Shown here: one piece after another, positions 1-9,341 of the stretch
Layout of the letters: each line of letters starts with the position of its first letter
Numbering within the stretch: position 1 is the stretch's first letter
Source: Bacteroidota bacterium
GTDB lineage: Bacteria > Bacteroidota > Bacteroidia > Cytophagales > Cyclobacteriaceae
Direction: 5' to 3'
Assembly: GCA_023417955.1 (NCBI GenBank)
Contig: JAEZDW010000111.1
Coordinates: 1 to 40,650, forward strand
Length of the DNA stretch: 40,650 nt
The notes under the pieces: generated by a model
Seen by the model: the letters and a program-made list of their open reading frames with translations, nothing else
What the model was told of the DNA's origin: nothing
Databases searched by the model: none
Translations under genes and position numbers: made by a program

Positions 1-941
1 TCATTATACTTCGTAACTGTAATGTTATCAAAATAGTAGCTCGTTGCTGTATTCCCGAGATTGAATGCGATGGTAGTTACACCTTCCGTATTCGCATCGA
101 TTGTTATTTCCCTGATATATTGCGTCCACGTCGGAGTGGCCGTTATCGCACCAAAGAAATCCCAGTGTTTGTACGAGTAGGGCACGATGTGCGCCTGAGT
201 GGAGTAGCCTGCCTCGACATCGGCCCGGACATCCATGGTTAGCAAATACTTCTCACCAAGCTGTGTAGCCACGGGAAAGGTGAAAAAGAACTGGCTGTTC
301 CAGTCGTTCTCACGAACTTCAGCATTGGTTACCTTCAGTGCCCGGCCTGTACCGTCTGCTCCGGGAGAAACGAATTCCTTGACGGCCTCGTTGTTCGAGG
401 AGTAGTTCGATTCACTATCCGTTTCAAAATCGGCGCCTGACACAAGATCCCATGTCGGTCCGCCGCCGCCACCACTTTCGTTCAGCCTGGTGATACTGAT
501 GTCGTCGAAGTAATAACTCGTCGCTGTGTTGCCGAGGTTAAAAGCAATAGTCGTTACGCCTTCTGTATTCGCATCAATGGTTATTTCCCTTATATACTGC
601 GTCCACGTCGGTGTCGCGGTAATCGCACCAAAGAAATCCCAGTGCTTATATGAGTAGGGTACGATGTGCGCCTGGGTAGAATAGCCTGCCTCGACATCGG
701 CGCGAACATCCATGGTTAGCATATACTTCTCACCAAGTTGTGTATTCTGTGGGAACGTAACGAAAAACTGGCTGTTCCAGTCATTCTCCCGGACTTCGGC
801 ATTCGTGACTTTCAACGCCCGTCCCGTTCCGTCCGCACCCGGAGAAACGAATTCCCGGACGGCCTCGTTGTTTGACGTGTAGTTCGAATCATCGTCAGTC
901 TCGAAATCGATAGTGACAACAGGTTCCCAGGCCGGTCCACC
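1..941 (-). repeat. Intragenic tandem duplication, period 477 nt (159 aa), encoding two CBM4-like modules
   Basis: GGAGAAACGAATTCC occurs at 364 and 841, and GTCCACGTCGG at 124 and 601. Unit 1 spans about 465-941; unit 2 spans about 1-464 and is truncated by the edge. Confidence 0.95.
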
Positions 942-1400
942 GGTTCCGGGAATTATTGTCGGAGCGATCGTACTGTTCAGATACTTGGCATTTTGATTGG
1001 CATGCCAGCAGAGTGTGTGCCCGTAAATCGCAATGTCCGCTGCCTTGGCTTTTGCTATAAAGGTTTCGACGTTAGCAAGATTCAGGCTTCCGTCGTCCTG
1101 GACCACTCCTCCATGCTTCATCTCCCATCCGGCAACAACTTCATCGAAGTTGGAAACGATCATGCTGTACTCCGGGCTTTTCGTCGTGAAGTCATTGACC
1201 GACACGCCAGCACCGAGTTTAAAAGCAGGACTCGCACTGCGATCAATATAAGATTTCAGTACGTCATAACTTTTTAAGTATTCATGCTCAGCGATTGTTC
1301 CAGGTTTGTCAACCACGAACAGTAATTTGCTTTCATCTGCACATGAGGCCAGTGCCGAAATTACAAAGGCACTGATGCAAAGCTTTCTTAATCGTATCAT
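1..1400 (-). CDS. GH10 endo-1,4-beta-xylanase lipoprotein with CBM4-like modules inserted in the catalytic domain (Xyn10C/XynC type); partial, runs off the left edge
   Basis: Hand translation from ATG at 1400 is open to base 1. It shows a lipobox (MIRLRKLCISAFVISALAS-C), GH10 N-terminal motifs (NFDEVVAGWEMKH, IYGHTLCWHANQ), then two 159-aa beta-sandwich repeats (DFETD...ALKVTN...W.SQFF...YYFD). It sits last in a susCD-susCD-DUF5627 cluster. Confidence 0.9.
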   Translation of the reverse strand, partial: MIRLRKLCISAFVISALASCADESKLLFVVDKPGTIAEHEYLKSYDVLKSYIDRSASPAFKLGAGVSVNDFTTKSPEYSMIVSNFDEVVAGWEMKHGGVVQDDGSLNLANVETFIAKAKAADIAIYGHTLCWHANQNAKYLNSTIAPTIIPGTGGPAWEPVVTIDFETDDDSNYTSNNEAVREFVSPGADGTGRALKVTNAEVRENDWNSQFFVTFPQNTQLGEKYMLTMDVRADVEAGYSTQAHIVPYSYKHWDFFGAITATPTWTQYIREITIDANTEGVTTIAFNLGNTATSYYFDDISITRLNESGGGGGPTWDLVSGADFETDSESNYSSNNEAVKEFVSPGADGTGRALKVTNAEVRENDWNSQFFFTFPVATQLGEKYLLTMDVRADVEAGYSTQAHIVPYSYKHWDFFGAITATPTWTQYIREITIDANTEGVTTIAFNLGNTATSYYFDNITVTKYN

Positions 1401-1422
1401 AATTGGTTCCGATTATTTCAAG

Positions 1423-2529
1423 TTAGTTTTGTAATACGGGTTCGAACTGTTCCACCTTCACACCCCGATCGCGAACCACTAAGGTATCAGTCGTGATGTA
1501 CGTTGCCTGCTCAAACGTGGGAGGCAGTTCTTCTTTCGGGTATTGGGTCTCAACTTCATAGCTGACATTATACGCTACGTAAAGCACGTCGCGATCTTTG
1601 TTACCCCAACTGTTTTTCTCGCCCTTCTTTACGAAAGCTCCGTTTCCGGTTGCAGTAATGTTATAGACTCTGACGGAATCGTTTAATTGATACTCTGAAG
1701 CCATTGGAGAAACTGTACATTTTTCATTTTCATCAAAATTCAGGATGACTGACATGTTCAGGTTCTGACCAGCCTTGTTCTTGTAATCCATAGGATACCT
1801 CAATGCATTGCGTGAGGCCGTGAAGAGTTTACGAACTTCATCTTTCTCGACAGTGGATTGATGACGCACTACAGTTGAAGGCACTCCGTCCATCGTAATT
1901 TCATCCTTTCCGCGGCGCAGGTAATTCGCATGCCAGGGGTTGATGAACTTCACACAATACAGTACGTAATCCTTTGGTAACACATCCCAGTCGGCGGTGT
2001 TAAGTCTGTTGGGCTCGTCGACCTTGGGAACACCTGCCAGAATGCGATCGGCGTGCGTGGCATCGACCATACGCAACGGGATAACATACGTGTTGTTCAT
2101 CGCTTCCGGATCAGCGAAGAAGGCATCGGTTAATTGAACGCCGACACTCCCCTGCAGGGCACGATCCAGCGAAATCTTGTTGCCGGACAAAGTGAAGTGC
2201 GTGGCAGGCATCGGCAGCACGGGAGATGTGAAGGCCCCGTCGAAGAAGAGGTTATTGACCAAAGAATTATCTACCGCTATTTCGATGTCAATCTTCTCCT
2301 TGTTGGAGTAAACGCCTCCCATTGTCGCGAAAATCTCGCACCTGCCTTCGTTATCAAGACTTGTATCATAGATATCTTCTCCGAGTACGATTGTTCTCAC
2401 TGGAAACTGGTAAGCGAAGTAAACCGTCGTCTCACCATAGTCCGGAAATTCTATTTGCTGATTTTCGCAGCTCATGAGAAGAGCCGATAGCATCCCGGCA
2501 CATAAGCTTGAGAGTAGAATATTTTTCAT
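1423..2529 (-). CDS. DUF1735/DUF5627-type surface lipoprotein of xylan PULs (XusE-like)
   Basis: Start reassigned to ATG 2529 (MKNILLSSLCAGMLSALLMS-CEN lipobox). Motifs VYFAYQFPVRTIVLGED and KDYVLYCVKFINPWHANYLRRG. Lies between susD and the GH10 gene. Confidence 0.8.
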   Translation of the reverse strand: MKNILLSSLCAGMLSALLMSCENQQIEFPDYGETTVYFAYQFPVRTIVLGEDIYDTSLDNEGRCEIFATMGGVYSNKEKIDIEIAVDNSLVNNLFFDGAFTSPVLPMPATHFTLSGNKISLDRALQGSVGVQLTDAFFADPEAMNNTYVIPLRMVDATHADRILAGVPKVDEPNRLNTADWDVLPKDYVLYCVKFINPWHANYLRRGKDEITMDGVPSTVVRHQSTVEKDEVRKLFTASRNALRYPMDYKNKAGQNLNMSVILNFDENEKCTVSPMASEYQLNDSVRVYNITATGNGAFVKKGEKNSWGNKDRDVLYVAYNVSYEVETQYPKEELPPTFEQATYITTDTLVVRDRGVKVEQFEPVLQN

Positions 2530-2564
2530 ATTTTCCCTTTTTTGTCTTTTCATAATCTTCATAA

Positions 2565-4343
2565 TCACCACCCTGCATTTTGCTGTAACTGGCTCCACTT
2601 ATTGATTTCACTATAAGGGATCGGACCATGATACATATATCCCTGATAACTTCTCGCTTCGACGGCAACTGGTGTATAAATGAGGTCGCTTCCTGATTTC
2701 GCGATTTGGAGACCGCGCGCACCCTCGTTTATTTTGTTAAGGTCAACTTTCCAACGACGCAGATCGCGGAACCGATGATTCTCAAAACAAAGTTCAAGTC
2801 GGCGTTCATTGCGAATGAGTTCACGCATCTGCTCTTTGTCGTTCTTGACGGATTCGAGATATGCGTCTCCGTCGGTGATACCAGCTCTCTGACGAATCGC
2901 ACGGATGACATCGTATGCTGAGTAACTATGCGTTCCGGTACCAACAGGTCCCCATGCTTCATTTGCTGCCTCCGCATACGCAAGAAAGATTTCTGTATAG
3001 CGGATGCGTGCATTGTAATGTTTTTGTGTCGTGTTGAAGTTGGGATTCGGATTGACGTCTGCCCGGAGCAGCTTTCGCAGATAATAACCTGTTCGGGTTG
3101 AAAAGCCGCGCTCCCTGTTTATTGCGTCGTTGTTTGTTCCGTAGGTGCCTGTGACGATGACGTCATTGTTTGGTCCCTGCTGACTTTCATTTAAGACGAT
3201 ATACCGGGCCAGGCGGGGGTCGCGGTTACTGTAGGGATTTTCCGGATCGTAGTCGCTCAAAGGATTGCCGATCGGATACCCATTGGCCATCGGAAACGCA
3301 TCGACGAGGTTCTGGGTAGGATTAACGCGACCACTGCCAAACAGTGACGGCGGAAAGTTTTCCTTTTCGAGGTCGAGGCTTTGTCCGATATCGCTTCGCC
3401 AGATGATCTCCGAAGGCGTAGCGCCTGCTGCGAGTTGTTCGATTCCCGAGTTGGCAGTATACCAGATGCTACCATTTGCAGCGAGTCCGTTGGGACCGCC
3501 TATACGGTCGAGAACATTTGCCGCATAATTTGCTGCGTCTTCCCAGGTTATATTGGTGCCTTCGCTATATGCAGGGCTTGCAGCCAGCAAAGCAACCTGC
3601 GCGCGAATCGCTTCAACGATTCTTCCTGACATGCGTCCGCGCATATGCTCACCGTTAACGCGCTCGTAATCTGTTATTGTAATCCCCTCCATACCCTGAT
3701 AGCGTTCAGGCAGCTCGGCCGGAGAAAACTTCTTATAATCCAAAGGGAGAAGGTCCAATGCCTGATTCGCATCTGCCAAAATCTGGTCAACACATTGCTG
3801 AAATGTGTTTCGCGGTTGATTGAAATCCGACGAAGGTGTTTCAGGTTCAGTAACGATGGGAACGCCCAACAACTGACCATCGGCGGACCAGCCACCGTGC
3901 GCCAGCAGCAGGTGATACATTTGCAGGGCACGTAAACCGTAAGCTTCGCCTTTCAGGCGATCGTTGAACATGATGCGTATAGGCTCTTCAATACTCCATT
4001 CCACTTTGTCGGCATTGGCGAGAAAAATGTTCAGGTATTGAATGGCATTTCTACGTGCCTGCCATTGAGAGGTCGGATCGTAAACGGAAGACCACGAACC
4101 CGAAGCCATTCGCAGATAAGCATTCTCTATATCATTAGATACCGCGTCGTCGGTAGCAAGGTCGGTAGTAGGTCCCGATGAATAAGGCAGGAGAATATAC
4201 GCGTTTGCCAGAATACCCTGTGCATACCCCGGTTCCTTGTACATTGCGTCCAGACCCCGAATATTCTCAATGGCTGGTGTCATTACATCTTCACAAGCCG
4301 TGAGCAGGACGATCAGTGCAGAAAGTTTAAGTATCTTTTTCAT
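2565..4343 (-). CDS. susD: SusD/RagB family lipoprotein (XusD-like)
   Basis: Lipobox LLTA-CED; SusD motifs NRDPRL, RYTEIFLAYAEA, IRNERRLELCFENHRFRDLRRW; C-terminal QNAGW. Confidence 0.95.
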   Translation of the reverse strand: MKKILKLSALIVLLTACEDVMTPAIENIRGLDAMYKEPGYAQGILANAYILLPYSSGPTTDLATDDAVSNDIENAYLRMASGSWSSVYDPTSQWQARRNAIQYLNIFLANADKVEWSIEEPIRIMFNDRLKGEAYGLRALQMYHLLLAHGGWSADGQLLGVPIVTEPETPSSDFNQPRNTFQQCVDQILADANQALDLLPLDYKKFSPAELPERYQGMEGITITDYERVNGEHMRGRMSGRIVEAIRAQVALLAASPAYSEGTNITWEDAANYAANVLDRIGGPNGLAANGSIWYTANSGIEQLAAGATPSEIIWRSDIGQSLDLEKENFPPSLFGSGRVNPTQNLVDAFPMANGYPIGNPLSDYDPENPYSNRDPRLARYIVLNESQQGPNNDVIVTGTYGTNNDAINRERGFSTRTGYYLRKLLRADVNPNPNFNTTQKHYNARIRYTEIFLAYAEAANEAWGPVGTGTHSYSAYDVIRAIRQRAGITDGDAYLESVKNDKEQMRELIRNERRLELCFENHRFRDLRRWKVDLNKINEGARGLQIAKSGSDLIYTPVAVEARSYQGYMYHGPIPYSEINKWSQLQQNAGW

Positions 4344-4371
4344 TGCGTGATTCCTTTGTTAGTAGTGAATA

Positions 4372-7263
4372 TTAGAATGAGGCCCGAACACCAATGTTAT
4401 AAAAGCGCGTCTGAGGTGCACTCGTGATGTTCAGTTCGAGAATCTCCCTTTCTTTGGAAATTGTCAGGAGGTCTGCGCCACTTAGATATATCGAGACCCC
4501 GTCGAAGAATGAACTCTCCAGCAAACTCGCTGGTAAATCATACGTTAACTGGATCCGCGCTATATTGAACCGATTGGTCTTATATAGCCAGAAGTCGGAG
4601 TTCCTGAAGTTGTTGATCCCGTTAGTCGTTGTCAGACGCGGATATGTAGCCGTCGCTTTTGTTTCCTCCGTCCATCTGTCACGCACCACTTCAGAATACT
4701 TTCTGTTACCATAAATCCAGAAGTAGGAATTATTCTTAAGCGCGTAGCCTCCGAAACTTGCAGTTCCCATCGCAAACAGTGTAAAGCCTTTCCACCTTGC
4801 AGTAAGATGAACGCCGCCGATGAACGGTGCGCCATACCAGCCGCCTCTCCCCAGGAATACTTCATCCCGCTCATTTATTATTCCATCACCATTCTGATCC
4901 ACATATTTAATGTCGCCGGGCTTGATGGTACCGCCGAACTTCTGTTCCGGACTGTTGTCAATTTCGTCCTGCGTCTGGAATAGCCCCGCACTCTTCAGGC
5001 CCCACAAACCGTCCAGCGACTTGCCCGTCCGGTTTTGATAATCGTCCTCGAAGTTTTCATCAACCCGGGTCGCTTTGGAGGTATGATACATCCCTGAGAA
5101 GCCGATTGAAAATCCAACGTCTCCAAGATCTTTGTTTATCGCGACGTTGAAGTCAATACCCTTGCGCTGATGATTGTTGAAGTTTGCATAAGGGATGAAT
5201 GACGCATCCGGATAGAATGTCCGGAAGTAGCTTGGATAAATTGTAGTGGGCTGGATTATCAATCCTTCCATCGTATTGGCAAAGAAAGACACGTCGGCAG
5301 TGATGAGTCGGTCCCACATCGACGTCCGCAGATTTAATGTGAACTCTTTTCTGTTTACGAAACCGAGGTCTTTATTTTCTCCGCGGATCGAATTGGTGGA
5401 ACGTTCCGAAGCGCCATCGCGCCATCCCCACCAGGCTCCGTTTGCCTGCGTGTAGTTCGCCTCTGTCAGGTGAAACTCCCGGTCATCATCTCTTATGTCA
5501 ATATCTGTTTTAAGAAGACTTCCTGATGCACTGATAATCAGATCGTCGAAGACGGAAGAGTTAGCCATAAATCCTTCGCGGCTCAATCTCCATCCCAGCG
5601 TACCTGAATAGGACAATCCGCTACGGCTGCCTTCAGCCAGCTTTGCTGAATGCACCAGCGCTGTTCCAAGATCGACGAAATACTTGCGCTGATAGTCGTA
5701 ATTAATCTGCAGACCAAGGTTAGCGTTTCCTGTTCGGTGATATACTCCGGACCAGGTTTGTTGAAATCCATTCGCGACAAGACGGGCCGAAACGTTATGA
5801 TCGCTTCCCACCGTTGTGACATAATCAAGGTACGAATTCATTGCAATGGTCTGGCGGCTGCTGCTGGCGGATATGTTCTGCACACCGGATTTCTCATCAT
5901 TGTTGTACTTGTTATCTGCCGGAACAACGACGACATCTTCACCATTATAGCTGTACCATTCAGGAGCATAGACTGCGTACGTATTATTATAGGACGTATT
6001 ATATGTAGTGGCATAATCCACTGCATACTGCGTATGGAACGAGAGTCCCTTCATGATCCTGGACATGTCAAAATTCAATCCCGCGTCGAATTGGAACTGG
6101 CGACTTGTCCACTTGCTGTGACCGCCTGCGTAGTAGTCGGCGAAAATATTATTCAGGTCCGTTTGTGAACCGCCGAGCAAATACTTGCCGTCGATGATGT
6201 TGCTACCCCCTTCAATTGTCTGGAGAGTAACCTGGTCGTTAGGGTCAATGTAACTCAGAGGAATAAGGGGTGCAACCCGATTCGGACGCATTGTTGCCGA
6301 ATATGTCCAGTAGTTGTCGACGTTATCCGGGTCGTCCGGATTACTATCCGTCGCGTTTGCTGTTCGCGCATTATAAAACGTTGCGTTAGCATTTACAAAA
6401 GCCGTGATGGTTTCTGTTATAGCCAGGTCAACGTTACCGCGTACATTAAGGCGATCGATATAGTTGTGTTTGGCTTCTCCGAACTTGAAGATATCATTTT
6501 GGCGTATGTAGCCGATATTGGTATAGAAGCGTGACTTTTCATTGCCTCCGGAGAATTCGGTGAACAGGTCGCTTGTGTTATAAGCTTTACGCAAATAGTC
6601 CGAAGAATAAAAATCAACATCGGGATATCTGTAAGGATTCAACCCGGAGGCTGAGTGATATATCTCCTCGGCGCTGTACCGCGGCGCCTCGCCGTCATTG
6701 GTAATTGCTTCGTTGTAAAGCGTCATATATTCGGCCGAACCGAGATACTTCGGATAGCTTTTCGAAACGTTAAAGCCTGTATTTGCACGAACATTGATCC
6801 TTAGTGGCTCCGACGTTCCCCTTTTCGTCGTTATATTAACGACACCCTTGGCGGCACGACTACCATACAACATGACGGCAGCCGCGCTTTTAAGAAAAGT
6901 AATCTGCTGGATTTCTGTAGGCACTACGTTACTGGCGTCACGCGGTATACCATCAACGAGCACAAGACATTCATTCATTCCCCACAATGCCCCGCCTGTC
7001 CAGCCTCCTACGAATGCTTGCATGTTGTCAAGACTGTACGTGGTATAGTTCTTCCCGATTAGTTCGGATATATCGACAACGGTCGCGCCGCCGAGAAACT
7101 GGCTCTCAGGAATTTTCCTAAAAGCGCCTTGCACTGTCCCCGACGTTTCAGGAGTCATAGCAGTCGAGTCAGGCTGGTTTTCTTCGATGTCCTGCGCATT
7201 CACTACGGAGACTCCGAAAAGCGCAGCACAGGCTATGAAACTTAGCTGTAAATAATATTTCAT
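4372..7263 (-). CDS. susC: SusC/RagA TonB-dependent transporter (XusC-like, short N-terminus)
   Basis: Likely start is ATG 7263 (MKYYLQLSFIACAALFGVSVVNA-Q signal peptide). Plug motif LKSAAAVMLYGSRAAKGVVNITTKRG; PGDIKYVDQNGDG; C-terminal Phe. Confidence 0.93.
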   Translation of the reverse strand: MKYYLQLSFIACAALFGVSVVNAQDIEENQPDSTAMTPETSGTVQGAFRKIPESQFLGGATVVDISELIGKNYTTYSLDNMQAFVGGWTGGALWGMNECLVLVDGIPRDASNVVPTEIQQITFLKSAAAVMLYGSRAAKGVVNITTKRGTSEPLRINVRANTGFNVSKSYPKYLGSAEYMTLYNEAITNDGEAPRYSAEEIYHSASGLNPYRYPDVDFYSSDYLRKAYNTSDLFTEFSGGNEKSRFYTNIGYIRQNDIFKFGEAKHNYIDRLNVRGNVDLAITETITAFVNANATFYNARTANATDSNPDDPDNVDNYWTYSATMRPNRVAPLIPLSYIDPNDQVTLQTIEGGSNIIDGKYLLGGSQTDLNNIFADYYAGGHSKWTSRQFQFDAGLNFDMSRIMKGLSFHTQYAVDYATTYNTSYNNTYAVYAPEWYSYNGEDVVVVPADNKYNNDEKSGVQNISASSSRQTIAMNSYLDYVTTVGSDHNVSARLVANGFQQTWSGVYHRTGNANLGLQINYDYQRKYFVDLGTALVHSAKLAEGSRSGLSYSGTLGWRLSREGFMANSSVFDDLIISASGSLLKTDIDIRDDDREFHLTEANYTQANGAWWGWRDGASERSTNSIRGENKDLGFVNRKEFTLNLRTSMWDRLITADVSFFANTMEGLIIQPTTIYPSYFRTFYPDASFIPYANFNNHQRKGIDFNVAINKDLGDVGFSIGFSGMYHTSKATRVDENFEDDYQNRTGKSLDGLWGLKSAGLFQTQDEIDNSPEQKFGGTIKPGDIKYVDQNGDGIINERDEVFLGRGGWYGAPFIGGVHLTARWKGFTLFAMGTASFGGYALKNNSYFWIYGNRKYSEVVRDRWTEETKATATYPRLTTTNGINNFRNSDFWLYKTNRFNIARIQLTYDLPASLLESSFFDGVSIYLSGADLLTISKEREILELNITSAPQTRFYNIGVRASF

Positions 7264-7282
7264 ATAGTTTAATTTTTTGCTG

Positions 7283-7347
7283 CCGACAATGAACGCTCCT
7301 GCACTTACTTGTCTCTGCAAAAGCGTACGATGAGTTCTCATTGTCGG
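7283..7347 (-). other. Long intergenic RNA hairpin between susD (7385-9331) and susC (4372-7263)
   Basis: Outer 10-bp stem 7283-7292/7338-7347; inner 11-bp stem 7293-7303/7316-7326 with two G-U pairs on the mRNA strand; no U-tract follows. Confidence 0.7.
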
Positions 7348-7384
7348 AAGATTTTGGTTTGAATCATTTCTACGTTGAACAACC

Positions 7385-9331
7385 TTACCATCCCGGGTTC
7401 TGTTCAAACTCCGGGTACATCGACACATCAGAAATCTTCAGAGGAAACCAGTAATGTCTTGTTCCAAACTGTCGCGTAAGGATTTCCTGTTCGCGGAAGT
7501 TGGCAACTCGTGCCTCTCTTGGATCGTTTTCTTTAAAGAAGTCAGAAGATTCAAGGCGGTCAAATTCCTGTGATGTCTTTACATTGTAAGGATACTCCGT
7601 AAGCAACAACCAACGCTGCAGGTCGTTGAAACGAAAACCTTCAAACGACAACTCAACGGCGCGCTCTCTGCGTACCTCATCCAGAAACTTCTGTTTGCTT
7701 CCGGTGTATGTTGCATGAACGTGTCCGGCGCCAACGCGATCCCTAAGTGTATTGATAGCGTCTTCGGCTGTCTTGTCGAAGTTGTTGGATTTCCCCGAGG
7801 CGCCGCCGAAAGCTGCGCATGCTTCAGCATACATCAGATAGATGTCGGCGAGACGCATATAAGGCAGATACACATGAAGGTTTCCGCTCCAGTTATAGGC
7901 ACCGTCATATTTATTGGCAGTATGCGGAACGAGTTTCTGAATGAAATATCCTGTACGGCTACCGTTAGCGGCGCTCCGCATAGTACCGTTTGTATGAAGC
8001 CCCACGTAGCGCAGGTATTCCATGTCGGGGGGCATTGCGGCATTTACGTATTTGAATCCATCGAATACGATGTCGTGGTAGAAGCGTGGATCGCGATCTT
8101 TGAACGGATAGGCGGGATCAAAACCAGAGGCAGGGTCGTCCAACGGTAAACCATTGGCCATACCGTAGAACTTCACATAATTTGCCGTGGGCTGGTGAAT
8201 GATATTATCGTGCTCCACGATTCCCTGAACCTTTGGACCAAATGTCTTTGTAGTGTTCCAGTTGCTACCGTTGAAGTCGGTGGATGGCCCGCGAAAAATA
8301 GCTTCAGTGGATCCTGGCATCAGCCAGTTTTGTCCGGTAGTATAAAAATTGTCGCTGAATCTCGTATTTGCTCCTGCTGACTTTTTGTGATCGTATATAT
8401 TTTCAAAATCAAATTCTGCCAGCGCATATTGTGTCTGACCACTTTCAACCAGGGCAAGCAACTGACCGAATGCTTCGGCTGCTTTCCTTGCGTACTCCTC
8501 ATCATAGTTGTACGTATTGCCTCCACCGGTTTGTGCTCCGTTCTTCATCAGAGGACTCGCTGCCCAGAGGTAATTCTTGCCGAGATATCCGAGTGCCATT
8601 ATTTTATTGACGCGCAGCTGGTTCTTGCCAACGGTGTTTCTTCCTACTGACGTATTATCCCAGTTTATCGGCAATAAAGCTGCTGCCTTGGCGAGATCTT
8701 CCCCTGCTCTGTTGGCACACTCCTGATAACTGAGTCTTGGCAAAGTAGGCTTCTCATCGGCAGGCAGTACCACATCGATATAAGGAAGCCCTCCGAAATA
8801 TTGCATCAATTCGAAATGCCACCATGCCCGGAAGAAATATAATTGTCCGGCGATGACGTCTTTTTCTTCCTGTGTCGCAGACGTCAGCAGATCGAGATTA
8901 GCGAGACCGATATTAGCCTTACGGATACAATACCACGCATGGGGCCACAGTGCATGGTTAAATTTGTCGGTGGACGCAGGGTCTGTAGTTGGCTTATCGA
9001 GCCAGGCGCCGGGCTGACTCATACGTCCTGCCTGCCACGCCCAGAAGTTCCCGAGGTCTACCTGATTCGTCATGTGCCAGCTTCCCTCGAGATTGAAGAT
9101 TTCGTCGTCGCCCCAGTTCCATGAAGTTGTCCAGTAATGTTTCTCCTTATCGGGGATGCAGTTATAAATTTCTTCAATGAACCCCTGAAAGTTTCTGAAG
9201 TTCTTAAATGCTTCACCTTCGGATACGATAGAATCCGCCTCCTTGTCCAGGAAGTCCTGGCACGCCTGCAGGGCAAACGTTGCAGCGATCACAAAAGCGC
9301 CGCGCAAAAGTGTCTTATATACCTTCTTCAT
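7385..9331 (-). CDS. susD: SusD/RagB family lipoprotein (XusB-like)
   Basis: Lipobox ALQA-CQD; motifs GQLYFFRAWWHF, DRDPRF, RRERAVELSFEGFRFNDLQRW; C-terminal QNPGW. Confidence 0.95.
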   Translation of the reverse strand: MKKVYKTLLRGAFVIAATFALQACQDFLDKEADSIVSEGEAFKNFRNFQGFIEEIYNCIPDKEKHYWTTSWNWGDDEIFNLEGSWHMTNQVDLGNFWAWQAGRMSQPGAWLDKPTTDPASTDKFNHALWPHAWYCIRKANIGLANLDLLTSATQEEKDVIAGQLYFFRAWWHFELMQYFGGLPYIDVVLPADEKPTLPRLSYQECANRAGEDLAKAAALLPINWDNTSVGRNTVGKNQLRVNKIMALGYLGKNYLWAASPLMKNGAQTGGGNTYNYDEEYARKAAEAFGQLLALVESGQTQYALAEFDFENIYDHKKSAGANTRFSDNFYTTGQNWLMPGSTEAIFRGPSTDFNGSNWNTTKTFGPKVQGIVEHDNIIHQPTANYVKFYGMANGLPLDDPASGFDPAYPFKDRDPRFYHDIVFDGFKYVNAAMPPDMEYLRYVGLHTNGTMRSAANGSRTGYFIQKLVPHTANKYDGAYNWSGNLHVYLPYMRLADIYLMYAEACAAFGGASGKSNNFDKTAEDAINTLRDRVGAGHVHATYTGSKQKFLDEVRRERAVELSFEGFRFNDLQRWLLLTEYPYNVKTSQEFDRLESSDFFKENDPREARVANFREQEILTRQFGTRHYWFPLKISDVSMYPEFEQNPGW

Positions 9332-9341
9332 TGATGTTCAA

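Noticed and set aside
1..941. 477-nt repeats as a CRISPR array or DGR template/variable pair
   Set aside because: They are in-frame coding domain repeats with mainly third-position differences, not adenine-specific changes, and no cas or reverse transcriptase gene is present.
2549..2566. TTCATAATC tandem duplication between susD and the DUF5627-like gene
   Set aside because: Only two 9-bp copies, likely slippage, with no functional evidence.
7264..7428. Extended ORF-track starts (7428, and likewise 2598, 12614, 19102, 27753, 39799)
   Set aside because: Downstream ATGs give proper signal peptides or family N-termini and avoid overlaps with upstream genes or promoters.
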